From an uncultured Verrucomicrobiae bacterium (lineage in GTDB: Bacteria > Verrucomicrobiota > Verrucomicrobiia > Chthoniobacterales > UBA10450), in contig CAVTMK010000003.1 of the NCBI GenBank assembly GCA_963735805.1, forward strand, positions 128,001-192,000: DNA of 64,000 nucleotides, written 5' to 3'. How positions within the stretch are numbered: the stretch's first letter is position 1; each line of letters starts with the position of its first letter. A program made the translations under genes and the position numbers. The notes beneath the pieces are model-generated. The model worked only from the letters and a program-made list of their open reading frames with translations. It ran no database searches and was not told the origin of the DNA. Of this stretch, positions 9,391 through 19,292 are shown piece by piece.

Positions 9391-9904
9391 GACGCGCAGG
9401 ATGAGATCAAAAAACAGGCATACTCAGACATCGCCAAAGCGCGTTTTGCACTCGAGGGCACGGGCAGTTACCCCGATGCGACCTTTACGCTTCGCCTTTC
9501 CTACGGGACCGTGCGCGGTTACGAACAGGATGGTAAACAAATTCCGGCGTTTACCGATTTCGCCGGTTTATACCAGCGTTCTGCGGAGCACGATAACAAA
9601 CCGCCGTTTGATTTGCCCAGGCAATGGATCGACAAGAAACCTGGCTTAAATCTGGCGACGCATTTCGATTTCGTTTCGGATGCAGATATTATCGGCGGCA
9701 ACAGCGGCAGCCCCGTCGTGGACAAGGCAAACGAATTCGTGGGCATTATTTTCGACGGTAACATCCAGTCTCTGGTCCTCGATGGCATTTACACCGACGC
9801 AAGCACGCGCCGTGTCGGTCGATTCCGCAGCCATCATCGAAGCACTCCGCAAAGTTTACGACGCCGGCGCGCTGGCGGATGAACTTGAAGCCGTGAAAAA
9901 ATAG
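9391..9904 (+). pseudogene. S46 family dipeptidyl-peptidase, C-terminal fragment with frameshift
   Basis: YPDATFTLRLSYG, DIIGGNSGSP, FDGN; continues in another frame (QARAVSVDS...ALADEL) after ~9798; N-terminal portion absent. Confidence 0.85.
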
Positions 9905-9913
9905 GGCCGGATC

Positions 9914-12376
9914 CTAGTGCGGCAGGTAATTGAGCAATTTGAGGATATCGGAGAAAACGCCCATCGCCGTGACATCTGCGCCTGCCCCCGGACCCTGAAC
10001 GACCAGAGGAGTACGCGAATAACGCTTGGTTGTGAATGCGATGATATTGTCGCTGCCTTTGGTAGCAGCGATGGGATGGTCGTGCGGAAACTCTTTGATT
10101 CCGGCGCACGCACGACCACCTTCGAGCGTGCCGACGTATCGCAGCGCTGCGTTGCGCGATTGCGCGCGTTTCAATCGTTCTGCCATTTCGCAATCGTGGT
10201 TAGCCAATGAGCTGAAAAGTCGGGGCGAAAATGGTCTCAGCGCCAAACTTCGAGGAACCAGGCTCTCCACATGGACGTCCGCGATTTCCATTTTCGATCC
10301 ACTTTGACGCCCGAGAATAAGCAACTTTCTGGCGACGTCTCGACCGGAGAGATCATCGCGCGGATCCGGCTCGGTCAGCCCGGTCTCGTAAGCTTTTCGC
10401 ACCAGGGTGCTGAATGGCATGCTCCCGTCAAAACTGTTGAACAGATAGCTTAGCGTGCCCGAGAAAATCCCCTCGACCTTACTAATCACGTCACCGCTCG
10501 CGATCAGGTCTCGCAATGTCGACATGATGGGGAGTCCCGCGCCAACGTTGGCTTCATCGAGAAAATACTTCTGTCGCTTTTGCAAAAGCTCCATGAGGGC
10601 CGCGTATTGTCGCCATGGCAACACGTTCGCGCGCTTGTTCGGCGTGATGATATGCAGATTCGCTCTGACAAAATCCGGATACGCCTTCACGATTGACTCG
10701 GCGGCTGTGCAATCAACTACCGCCGCGTCGGTCAGCTCCAGTTTCGCGATTTCTTTTGCCAGAACCGCTGGATCCATACGCCTTCGCGAAGCGGATAATC
10801 TCTCGCGCCAGCGTGCCAGATTGATGCCGTTACCCTCGAGCGCGAACCACTTGCTATTTGCCACACCAATCACGGTGACATCGAATCCACGGGCACGCAG
10901 ATAGGTGCCCTGCTCGTGGAGTTGTCGCAGTAGCGTTCCGCCAATATTTCCGACGCCGATCACGACAAGCGCGAGACGTTTTCGGACTTCGAAAAACGCC
11001 TGGTGGATAATATTCAGCGTACGCGCCCGCTGCGCCACATCGACGACGCAAGAGATGTTGCGCTCTGACGCGCCTTGGGCGATCGCGCTGATATTAATGT
11101 TATGCCGGCCAAGCGCTCCGAATACTTTGCCGGAGACGCCGGGGTGCCCTCTCATTTCATCGCCCACGACCGCAACGATCGCTTGATTTGGTTTTTCATC
11201 GAGCGACGTCAAATGGTTCTGGAATTCAAACCGAAATTCGTGACGCACAGCCGCAGTCGCTAAAGCGGCATCGCCCTCGCGGATGGCGAAACAAATCGTG
11301 TGTTCGGATGAGGCTTGGGAGATGAGGATCACATTGATACCGCCAGATGCCAGCGCACGAAATAATCGCTCGGCGATTCCGGGAACTCCGACCATGCTCA
11401 GGCCACGAATGGTGAGCAGCGTCAGTCCTGCGATTGAGCTGATCCCCTTCGCCAGTTGATCGCTATGACCGCGATCACCCGAAATGACCGTACCCGGCGC
11501 CTCTGGATGGAACGTATTCTTGATCAGAAGCGGAATCCGCTTGGCGACTGCCGGAGCAATGGAGGCGGGGTGAAGCACCGTCGCGCCGAAATACGACAAC
11601 TCCATCGCTTCTTCGTATGAAATCTGCGGCAAAACAAACGCAGCTTCGACCGCCTTCGGATCGGCGCTCAAGACGCCGTCAACATCCGTCCAAATCTCGA
11701 TCACGGAGGCGCCAAGAGCGGCGCCTATAATGGCCGCCGTGTAATCGGATCCATTGCGGCCGATTGTTGTAGTTTGGCCGTCAGTCGTCGATCCAACAAA
11801 TCCGGTCACGACAGGTATCGGCCAGCGGCGGCGAAGTCGGAACAGGTCTGCAAAGTACCCTCGCGCTGCGCGATTCGTTTTGTTAAAGATCACGTTCGCG
11901 TTCGTGAACTGGTCGTCCGTGACCACGAATTGTCGCGCGTCAACGAACCGCGCTGGACGAACTCGCGCAAGATGTGCCGCTACGATCAGCGCACACAGCC
12001 GTTCGCCGAAACTCCCAATTAGATCGAGGGCACGTGGCGAACTGTGACCTAAAAGCTGGACGCCGTGAAGGGCGTCATGCAAATCGCCGAGAAGTGCATC
12101 GACTTGCGATCGGATTCGGATACCTCGACGCCGACCGACCAGAGTGTCGACCGCCGAGCGGTGTCGGTCGGCAATTTTTCTCCACGCTGCCTCGTAACGC
12201 CGATCATTCTTTTCCGCCAACCGCGCACAATCAAGAAGCTGATTGGTCACGCCCTGAAAAGCAGAAAGCACTACGACGACCGGTCCCCGCCGCGCTTCCT
12301 CAAGAACGATCCTTGCGACATCTCGAATGCGATCGGTTGTGGCAAGCGAAGAACCGCCAAACTTAAGAATTTTCAT
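9914..12376 (-). CDS. thrA: Bifunctional aspartate kinase / homoserine dehydrogenase
   Basis: KFGGSS, GRNGSDY, two ACT domains, GVGNIG, NVGAGLP, GPGAG; start MKILKFGG at 12376. Confidence 0.96.
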   Translation of the reverse strand: MKILKFGGSSLATTDRIRDVARIVLEEARRGPVVVVLSAFQGVTNQLLDCARLAEKNDRRYEAAWRKIADRHRSAVDTLVGRRRGIRIRSQVDALLGDLHDALHGVQLLGHSSPRALDLIGSFGERLCALIVAAHLARVRPARFVDARQFVVTDDQFTNANVIFNKTNRAARGYFADLFRLRRRWPIPVVTGFVGSTTDGQTTTIGRNGSDYTAAIIGAALGASVIEIWTDVDGVLSADPKAVEAAFVLPQISYEEAMELSYFGATVLHPASIAPAVAKRIPLLIKNTFHPEAPGTVISGDRGHSDQLAKGISSIAGLTLLTIRGLSMVGVPGIAERLFRALASGGINVILISQASSEHTICFAIREGDAALATAAVRHEFRFEFQNHLTSLDEKPNQAIVAVVGDEMRGHPGVSGKVFGALGRHNINISAIAQGASERNISCVVDVAQRARTLNIIHQAFFEVRKRLALVVIGVGNIGGTLLRQLHEQGTYLRARGFDVTVIGVANSKWFALEGNGINLARWRERLSASRRRMDPAVLAKEIAKLELTDAAVVDCTAAESIVKAYPDFVRANLHIITPNKRANVLPWRQYAALMELLQKRQKYFLDEANVGAGLPIMSTLRDLIASGDVISKVEGIFSGTLSYLFNSFDGSMPFSTLVRKAYETGLTEPDPRDDLSGRDVARKLLILGRQSGSKMEIADVHVESLVPRSLALRPFSPRLFSSLANHDCEMAERLKRAQSRNAALRYVGTLEGGRACAGIKEFPHDHPIAATKGSDNIIAFTTKRYSRTPLVVQGPGAGADVTAMGVFSDILKLLNYLPH

Positions 12377-12487
12377 ACCCTGAACCAATGTAGCCGCGAA
12401 TCTGGCGAGGGTCGTGTCCCGCCAGAAATTTTGTCGGTACACACTAACGAATTTCTATCGATACTCCGAGAGGAACCTATAACCCAC

Positions 12488-13279
12488 TTAGGGCAGTTGC
12501 TTAAGCAACTTTTTCCAGCGTGCCCAGGCTTCGTCGCGTGCCTTCTTGTCGCCTTCGCGAACTGCGGGATTAGATGGTTCGCCAGAACGCATGAAACCGT
12601 GGCCGGCGCCTTTGTAAATCACCGGTTCGTATGTTTTGCCGGCGGCTTTCATGAGCTCTTCACCCTTTGGAATAGTCGCGTTCACCCGCTCGTCGTTCTC
12701 GCCGTAAAAACCGTAAACCGGACACGCTATATTCGCGACATTTGATGCTTCGTCCGGCGCGGTCCCGTAGAACGAGTACGCAGCTTTTAGTTTTGGGTTC
12801 ATGTTTGCATACATGAACGTCCAGCCCCCACCCCGACAAAATCCACAGACTGCAAGCGTGCCGTTACATGCCGGAATTTTCAGGGCGTAATCAGACGTCG
12901 CGTCGAGAACTGCTTTCACCTGCTCCTGCGTCACGGCCGAGGTCGCTTTGCTCGCGCTGTCGGGATCTTCAAACTTTTGACCGTTGAGGAAATCGGGCGC
13001 AATTGCGATGACGCCATTTTCGGCCAACTCGTCGCACATGCTGCGCAGCCAATCAGTCAGGCCAAAAATTTCCTGAACGACCAGCACGGCAGGAGCTTTG
13101 TCTTTACGCTCAGGATAAACGACAAAGGCTTTAATCGTAGGGTCGCCTGACTTGATCTCGACCCATTCGCCGTGGCGTGGCGAATTGTTCAACCGGCCCT
13201 TGCCGAAATCTTTGTACTCCTGCGCGTGAATCAATGGCACAATAAGAATGAACGTCAGGGCGGAGATAATGCGTTTCAT
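12488..13279 (-). CDS. Dienelactone hydrolase family protein, secreted
   Basis: Signal peptide, QEIFGL, GFCRGG, AGHGF. Confidence 0.9.
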   Translation of the reverse strand: MKRIISALTFILIVPLIHAQEYKDFGKGRLNNSPRHGEWVEIKSGDPTIKAFVVYPERKDKAPAVLVVQEIFGLTDWLRSMCDELAENGVIAIAPDFLNGQKFEDPDSASKATSAVTQEQVKAVLDATSDYALKIPACNGTLAVCGFCRGGGWTFMYANMNPKLKAAYSFYGTAPDEASNVANIACPVYGFYGENDERVNATIPKGEELMKAAGKTYEPVIYKGAGHGFMRSGEPSNPAVREGDKKARDEAWARWKKLLKQLP

Positions 13280-13327
13280 ACGACCGAGAAAGTTTCCGAC
13301 TTCGTTCGAAATGATAACGTGCTGATC

Positions 13328-13729
13328 CTACGTTGCAGGTGCTGAAGTCTTCTTAAACAAGGCATCGATGCTCCATTGCCCGGGCCCGTAAAAAATAGCG
13401 AAGAAAAAGAACCAGCAGTAAAACACTGCCGATTCGCCTTTGTTCACGATTGGAAAGAAGTGGTTCGGTGCGTGCACCATGAAGTAGGCGACTGCCATTT
13501 CGCCAGCCGCAAAAAAAGCAGCAATGCGCGTGAGAAATCCGAATGCAATGAGAAAACCACCGACAAGCTCGATGATTGCACCGATCCAGCTGAGCATATC
13601 TGTCGGCATGCCGTGACCACCCGGTGGGAAACTAAGAACCTTTTGACCCCCATGACAGGCGAACATAAGACCGATGACGAGTCGCGAGATACAATAAACC
13701 GGATCCGCAAATCGATTAAGAGCGTTCAT
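13328..13729 (-). CDS. DoxX family membrane protein
   Basis: HGGQK, ELVGG, GEMAVAYF, GPG.WSID; start at MNALNRF. Confidence 0.88.
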   Translation of the reverse strand: MNALNRFADPVYCISRLVIGLMFACHGGQKVLSFPPGGHGMPTDMLSWIGAIIELVGGFLIAFGFLTRIAAFFAAGEMAVAYFMVHAPNHFFPIVNKGESAVFYCWFFFFAIFYGPGQWSIDALFKKTSAPAT

Positions 13730-13831
13730 AGCCGCGCAGGCTGAACGATTTCGAGCTGACATGTCAAGCTTTGCGTGACACAGACAACCGTGTTTGCCTT
13801 CAGTCGCACGCAGCCGTACCTGCCTCACGCG

Positions 13832-14674
13832 TTACGCCGCCTTCTTTGCAGGTTGCTTGCGTTTCCTGCGCGATTTCGTCGCCGCTTTTTTCTTCGTACC
13901 GGTTTGGTCCAGACTTTTCTGCAAAACGGAGACCAAATCGATTACCTTCGTCGGCTTGGGCGTTTTTTTGGGTTTCTCTTGAATTTCTTTTCCACCGGCT
14001 TCCACTTTTTCCTCAATCACTTCCATCAATGCTTCCCGGTAGTCGTCCTTGTATTTCTCGGGGTTCCACTTTGAGCTCATGCTATCGATAAGTGACTTGG
14101 CCATATTCATCTCCCGTTTACCCACCTCAGTCTTTTTTGGGACATGCAGCTTACCCGGATCCGCGAGTTCATCCGCGAAATGCATCAGTTCGAGAACTAG
14201 CACGCCGTCCTCCGGTTTTACCCCGGCGAGATATTCGCGCGTCTTGATTACAACCTTCGCAATGCCAACCTTGCCGCTATCCTTTAGCGCGTCGCGCAAG
14301 AGCGCATACGCCTTGTCGCCGCCTTTTTGCGGCTCCAGATAATACGGTTTATAGAAAAATATCGGATCGATCTCTTCCTGCTCCACGAAGTCTTGAATAT
14401 CGACTGTCTGCGTGGCTTCCAAATCGACCCGCTGAAAGTCTTCATCCTTCAAAATGACGTATTTTCCCTTCTCATATTCGTAGCCTTTTACGATTTGGTC
14501 CCAGGGAACTTCCTTGCCGTCCTTTTCGGCAACACGCTTGTAATTCACGGGACTCAAGTCGCTTTTGCGCAGCAAACGGAACTTGAATTCCTCGCGTCGG
14601 GTTGCGGGATATAGAGCGATCGGAATATTAACCAGGCCGAAACTGATGCTGCCTTTCCAAATTGCGCGCGCCAT
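13832..14674 (-). CDS. ku: Non-homologous end joining protein Ku
   Basis: RAIWKGSISFGLVNIP, IVKGYEY, basic C-terminal tail. Confidence 0.96.
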   Translation of the reverse strand: MARAIWKGSISFGLVNIPIALYPATRREEFKFRLLRKSDLSPVNYKRVAEKDGKEVPWDQIVKGYEYEKGKYVILKDEDFQRVDLEATQTVDIQDFVEQEEIDPIFFYKPYYLEPQKGGDKAYALLRDALKDSGKVGIAKVVIKTREYLAGVKPEDGVLVLELMHFADELADPGKLHVPKKTEVGKREMNMAKSLIDSMSSKWNPEKYKDDYREALMEVIEEKVEAGGKEIQEKPKKTPKPTKVIDLVSVLQKSLDQTGTKKKAATKSRRKRKQPAKKAA

Positions 14675-14780
14675 ACAAGATTATTTCGCACGGCACGTGC
14701 ACGTTGCGCGCAGGCAAAAGGCCAATCCACCGAACAGCTGGGGTTGTTTTGCGATCAGTTAGCCTCAGGGAATTGCCAAT

Positions 14781-16019
14781 CTACGCGGCCACCTCGAGCT
14801 CTCGACGTGAAATGCCCCTCAATTCGAAAAGGCGAATTAATGTCTCTTCGATTAAGTTGTTCGGACACGATGCGCCGGCAGTGATCCCGATGACAGCGGG
14901 TCCGTTCGGCAACCAGAAATGCGACACCACTTCGCGCTTTTCGTGCAAGTTGTAATGCTTAACCTCCGTGGCCGAAACCAGGCGCGAAGCGTTGAGCACG
15001 AAATAGGTGGGCAATTTTTCTTCGCCCATCTCCGCCAGGTGCGATGTGTTCGAACTGTTATAACCGCCCACGACCAGCAGGAGATCCATTGGCACGTCGA
15101 GCAATTCACGCAACGCATCCTGCCGCTCTTGAGTGGCGCCGCAGATCGTGTCGAAGAATCGAAAACTTTTCTCTGCGAGCTCAGGCCCATCTCGATCGAG
15201 AATGGCTTGCCGAACGCGGCGCTGGACCTCTTCAGTCTCACCCCGCAACATGGTGGTTTGATTCGCGACACCGACAGTTTTCAGATGTACGTCCGGATCG
15301 AATCCGGGCGAATGTGCGCCCTTAAACTTTTCGAGAAAGGCGTGTTTATCGCCGCTGTGCCTGATATAGTCACAGACGTAATCGGTATCTTCGAGGGTTA
15401 AAACGACTACATAATGTCCGCTACCGTCACCAAGCGCGCGGGAGCTGGTCGCCTTGGTCTCTTCGTGTTCGGCTTTGCCGTGTATGATGGAAGTGACCGA
15501 TTCGCTCGCGTATTTACGCACCCGCTTCCAGACACTCATCACGTCTCCGCAGGTGGTATCGACAATTTGGCAGCCGCGATCCTTGATCTGTTGCTGGATC
15601 GATAGTTCGGTTCCGAACGCCGGGACAATCACAACGTCGTCGGGTCCTAGATCCGATATATCAGCTTCCTTGTTTTTGCCGGTCAGGTTCTTGATGCCTA
15701 ATGAGGCAATCTGGTGATTGACCTCCGGGTTGTGAATGATTTCGCCGACAATAAAAAGACTACGATCTTTGAAAACCTTGTGCGCGGCATATGCAAGATC
15801 GATCGCGCGTTCGACCCCGTAGCAAAAGCCAAACTCTTTCGCCAGGCGCACAGTGGTGTCGCCCACTGAAATGATGCCCCCCGCACGGCGCACTTTATCG
15901 ACAATATCGCTCCGATAGTGCGACTCGACCTGCTGCTGAACTGCTTCCATTACGGCGGGTGTGCGCAGATTCACTTTCTCACGGGCCGTTGTGCCGCTTG
16001 AAATGAGATTCGTGCTCAT
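14781..16019 (-). CDS. ispH: 4-hydroxy-3-methylbut-2-enyl diphosphate reductase
   Basis: FGFCYGVERA, IIHNP, DTTC, NQTT, TICGATQERQ, SSNT, GITAGAS. Confidence 0.96.
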   Translation of the reverse strand: MSTNLISSGTTAREKVNLRTPAVMEAVQQQVESHYRSDIVDKVRRAGGIISVGDTTVRLAKEFGFCYGVERAIDLAYAAHKVFKDRSLFIVGEIIHNPEVNHQIASLGIKNLTGKNKEADISDLGPDDVVIVPAFGTELSIQQQIKDRGCQIVDTTCGDVMSVWKRVRKYASESVTSIIHGKAEHEETKATSSRALGDGSGHYVVVLTLEDTDYVCDYIRHSGDKHAFLEKFKGAHSPGFDPDVHLKTVGVANQTTMLRGETEEVQRRVRQAILDRDGPELAEKSFRFFDTICGATQERQDALRELLDVPMDLLLVVGGYNSSNTSHLAEMGEEKLPTYFVLNASRLVSATEVKHYNLHEKREVVSHFWLPNGPAVIGITAGASCPNNLIEETLIRLFELRGISRRELEVAA

Positions 16020-16027
16020 ACCATGGT

Positions 16028-16120
16028 TGTTATTCTCAGCGCAGCGAAGAATCTCAGAGGAGTTTGTTCAGGGAGCGTCGAAACAATGGCCAGAGATGTT
16101 TCGCTTCGCCCAACATGACA
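16028..16120. repeat. Imperfect 28-bp terminal-inverted-repeat element (TGTCAT-type REP/MITE-like)
   Basis: TGTTATTCTCAGCGCAGCGAAGAATCTC ... GAGATGTTTCGCTTCGCCCAACATGACA (20/28 match to reverse complement). Confidence 0.65.
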
Positions 16121-16154
16121 CGGCACAGCGCCGCAGGCAACGTTCCGCAGTCAC

Positions 16155-16811
16155 CTATTGAAGTAACGGTCCGTTCGGTTTTTGGAACCCAGCATCCGTA
16201 ATCATCAAGTGTGGATCGGGATCCGGCGTTTTGGAATCATCGACCCGCTGCACCTTTGGCCCAAGTGTTTCGTCCTCGGGTTGCGTATTAGCGATGTTTA
16301 CCGGCGTCCCAATCCGTACCAGTGCGAAAAATTTCGGCGCCGCTTCGCCTTTCAGCCGGATGCAGCCGTGTGTGCGGGGCGTTGGATGGACAAAACCCTG
16401 GTGAAAGCCGTACGCAGGCGCGAACTCACACCAGTATCCCATCGGGTAGCCCACGTAATGCCCGGGCCCGCCGCCAGTGGAAGGAACCACGCGATCGCCT
16501 TGCACGCTAAACCCGTACGATCCCGAACGTTTGTGCTCCTGTTTGGAGTAGATCTTGAAGTTGCCTTTTGGAGTCGGTTTGTCCGGCATCCCTACAGAAC
16601 ACGCCACCGCCATGAGACAACGGTCGCCTTCCATCACATAGATGTTTTCTTTCGAGAGCGAAACCAGCACGCGCACCTTGGACGGGTCATTCGGTTTGTA
16701 CGCCGTGACGTGGTAAGGTCCACCACTGGCCACCCCCCCTGTTTGACAACCAGTCAGCAGCAGGAGCGAACCACCAGCACAGAGCAAGAGTAATCGGGAG
16801 ATATGTCGCAT
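16155..16811 (-). CDS. L,D-transpeptidase (YkuD) lipoprotein
   Basis: Lipobox LTGC, TPKGNF, H...THGCIRL; start MRHISR. Confidence 0.9.
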   Translation of the reverse strand: MRHISRLLLLCAGGSLLLLTGCQTGGVASGGPYHVTAYKPNDPSKVRVLVSLSKENIYVMEGDRCLMAVACSVGMPDKPTPKGNFKIYSKQEHKRSGSYGFSVQGDRVVPSTGGGPGHYVGYPMGYWCEFAPAYGFHQGFVHPTPRTHGCIRLKGEAAPKFFALVRIGTPVNIANTQPEDETLGPKVQRVDDSKTPDPDPHLMITDAGFQKPNGPLLQ

Positions 16812-16910
16812 ATGTGCATACTGGATAAGATTGGACGGCGACTTGTCAACCGTATGACCTGGCCGAGAGATCATGTTTCACATCCTGGCAGGCATAGATT
16901 CTCCCTAATA

Positions 16911-17882
16911 TCATGCTGTGAAAATTGTCAGGAAAGCGACTTCAACCGCCAGCGCTTCGTGAATATTGCGATTCAGATGATCGCGCAATTCTTCAAGACA
17001 CCGGATGCGTTTCAAAATTTCAGTCGTGGTGAATCGGCTCGCCAGCGCAGCAGTTTCTTCTCGTGCGCGAGGCAGGCTACGCTGCGTCACGGCCCTACTG
17101 GAGCGCAGAACATCAGACCACCAAGCGAATAATGTCTCTATGAGTCCCGCACGGCGTTGAAGGTAAAGACTTTCCGCACGGGCTTTATAGTATTGTTCTC
17201 GCTCGTCCAACCATGCGCCATCAGTCGCATCCCTGTAACGGGTTTCTTCCTGCTTCAACGCTTCATCCGTTTCGCGCTTAACTTCTTCACGAACTGCACG
17301 AAGCAAACCCTGGAACTCCTGAGCCAGTCGATAGGCAAACTGGATGGTCCAGCTTTGTTCGTGGGAAGCCTGTTGCAATAATCGCACCAGCCTCTTTTCT
17401 TCATCGCGCGTCTGTGGTTCAGCCTCTCGCGCGAGTGGAATGCCTATGCACCGCGAAAGAATGGTCTCCGGTAGAGCTTCGGGCAAGGCACTTAGCAGAA
17501 GCAACAAAGAATCTTTAGGTGGTTCTTCCAATGTTTTGAGGAACGCATTTGCGGCTTGAGGCTGTAGCCGATCGGCATCGGAAATGATTGCGACTTTGCG
17601 TCGTCCATTTGACGCGCGCATTTGCAACGCATGCTCAAGATCGCGAATCTGCTCAATAACAATACGCCGCGATTTCGACTCCGGTCGGGCGACGAAAATT
17701 TCCCGGGCTTTCTGGGAAAAAACGTCACCAGCAGCCGTGCCATTAACGAGACTGGCCAGATCCGCAGCAAGTTGCTGCTTCCCGCTGCCTGACGGTCCTG
17801 AAATCAAATAGGCATGCGCCAGTCGATTCTGTTCGTGGGCGCGACGCAAATAGTCGAGCGCCGTTGTACGCGAGAAAGGCAT
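16911..17882 (-). CDS. holB: DNA polymerase III subunit delta'
   Basis: HAYLISGPSGSGK, IEQIR, AANAFLKTLEEPP, TILSRC; follows tmk. Confidence 0.92.
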   Translation of the reverse strand: MPFSRTTALDYLRRAHEQNRLAHAYLISGPSGSGKQQLAADLASLVNGTAAGDVFSQKAREIFVARPESKSRRIVIEQIRDLEHALQMRASNGRRKVAIISDADRLQPQAANAFLKTLEEPPKDSLLLLLSALPEALPETILSRCIGIPLAREAEPQTRDEEKRLVRLLQQASHEQSWTIQFAYRLAQEFQGLLRAVREEVKRETDEALKQEETRYRDATDGAWLDEREQYYKARAESLYLQRRAGLIETLFAWWSDVLRSSRAVTQRSLPRAREETAALASRFTTTEILKRIRCLEELRDHLNRNIHEALAVEVAFLTIFTA

Positions 17883-17883
17883 G

Positions 17884-18555
17884 TTACGATTCCGGATGGC
17901 GCACTGCGGATTGTGGATTTGTGCCTAACGCCGGAAAACGATCGGCGAGTATCGCTCCGATCGCGTTCTCTATCTCCTCTTCACCACGCGAGCCATCGAC
18001 TAACACAACGCGATTTGGTTCTCGCGCAGCGAGTTCGCGATATGCTTTCCGAACGCGCTCGTAAAAGTCGGCTGGCTCCTGTTCCATTCGATCTCGCCGG
18101 CGCGGTTTCTGCATTCGTGCTTTCGCGCTGGCCGCATCGATATCCAGAACAAAAGTAACGTCCGGAATGCAATCATCGACGGCAAATGCATTCAAACGAT
18201 CAACCATCTCACGATCTAACCTTCGTGCCGCACCCTGGTAAACTGTTGTGGAATCAAAGAAACGATCCGCGATGACGCACACGCCACGTTCAAGCGCCGG
18301 TTTGATGATCTCGCGCACGAGCTGGCTGCGACTCGCTTCAAACAAAAGCAGCTCCGTTTCTGGTGTCATACCGGAATTGTGCGACGCAAATTGCAGAAGC
18401 TCGCGAATCGTTTCGCCAATTGGCGTGCCGCCCGGTTCGCGCGTGACCAGATATGGCATGCCAAAACGCTCGAGTCGCGCGGCCAATCTCTGCACCTGCG
18501 TCGATTTTCCGCTACCTTCTGATCCTTCGAACGTGATGAATGGCGCCCCCGGCAT
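17884..18555 (-). CDS. tmk: Thymidylate kinase
   Basis: FITFEGSEGSGKST, TREPGG, DRF.DST..YQG; start MPGAPF. Confidence 0.96.
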   Translation of the reverse strand: MPGAPFITFEGSEGSGKSTQVQRLAARLERFGMPYLVTREPGGTPIGETIRELLQFASHNSGMTPETELLLFEASRSQLVREIIKPALERGVCVIADRFFDSTTVYQGAARRLDREMVDRLNAFAVDDCIPDVTFVLDIDAASAKARMQKPRRRDRMEQEPADFYERVRKAYRELAAREPNRVVLVDGSRGEEEIENAIGAILADRFPALGTNPQSAVRHPES

Positions 18556-18590
18556 AATGTCGATTGTGAAACAAGCATCTGAAATTGTCG

Positions 18591-18741
18591 AATGCGCAGG
18601 ATGGCGTCGCTGCCTTGTGAAGGGAGTGATTCGAACTTCCAACCCTGCCCGTGAACGAAGCTGCGACCCCTTGCGATCCCGAGCCCCAAAGGTTTCAGGG
18701 CGAAGGATCTCATACGGTCCCCCGGAGCACGCAGGCGCATT
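18591..18741. ncRNA. Unclassified structured RNA candidate (6S RNA possible)
   Basis: Several nested complementary helices in the tmk/EVE intergenic gap; family not recognised. Confidence 0.4.
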
Positions 18742-18770
18742 TGTGCGATCAAGCTATGCTACGTTGCCGT

Positions 18771-19184
18771 ATGAAAAATTTTTGGTTGGTGAAACAGGAA
18801 CCATCCTCGTATTCGTGGTCGGACTTTGTCGAGGAAGGCCAAACCAGCTGGACCGGCGTCCGTAATTACGCTGCCCGCAATAATTTACGCAGAATGCAGA
18901 AGGGCGATGAAGTCCTGTTCTATCACAGTGGTGAGGACAAAGCTGTGGTCGGTATCGCCAAAGTGACGCGCACCGCGTATCGAGATTCGACGGCAAAGGA
19001 AGGCGATTGGTCCACGGTCGATTTGGCTCCAGTGAAAGCGCTTAGCCGGCCAGTTACACTCGGCGAAATCAAAAGCCAACGACGGCTAAAAGCAATTCCG
19101 TTGGTTAGGCAGTTCCGTTTGTCAGTTATGCCATTAGGGGAATCGGAATTTCGCGAAATCGTGAACATGGCCGCGGAACGTTAA
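18771..19184 (+). CDS. EVE domain protein
   Basis: WLVKQEP, WTGVRNYAARN, GDEVLFYHS, RLSVMP. Confidence 0.92.
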   Translation: MKNFWLVKQEPSSYSWSDFVEEGQTSWTGVRNYAARNNLRRMQKGDEVLFYHSGEDKAVVGIAKVTRTAYRDSTAKEGDWSTVDLAPVKALSRPVTLGEIKSQRRLKAIPLVRQFRLSVMPLGESEFREIVNMAAER

Positions 19185-19292
19185 ATTGTTGAAAACCGTT
19201 AACCAGGCTTGGTCGCAACCATGCAGCGTTCTAACGAATCAGGTCATTGATTTTACCTTGTTCAAAGCTATGTCGAGGCCGAAAATTCCCGA

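Noticed and set aside
18620..18650. tRNA suggested by GTTCGAATC on the minus strand
   Set aside because: The flanks do not form a T-stem; no cloverleaf or CCA end.
18771..19184. EVE gene as part of a defence system
   Set aside because: It stands alone in housekeeping context with no nuclease partner.
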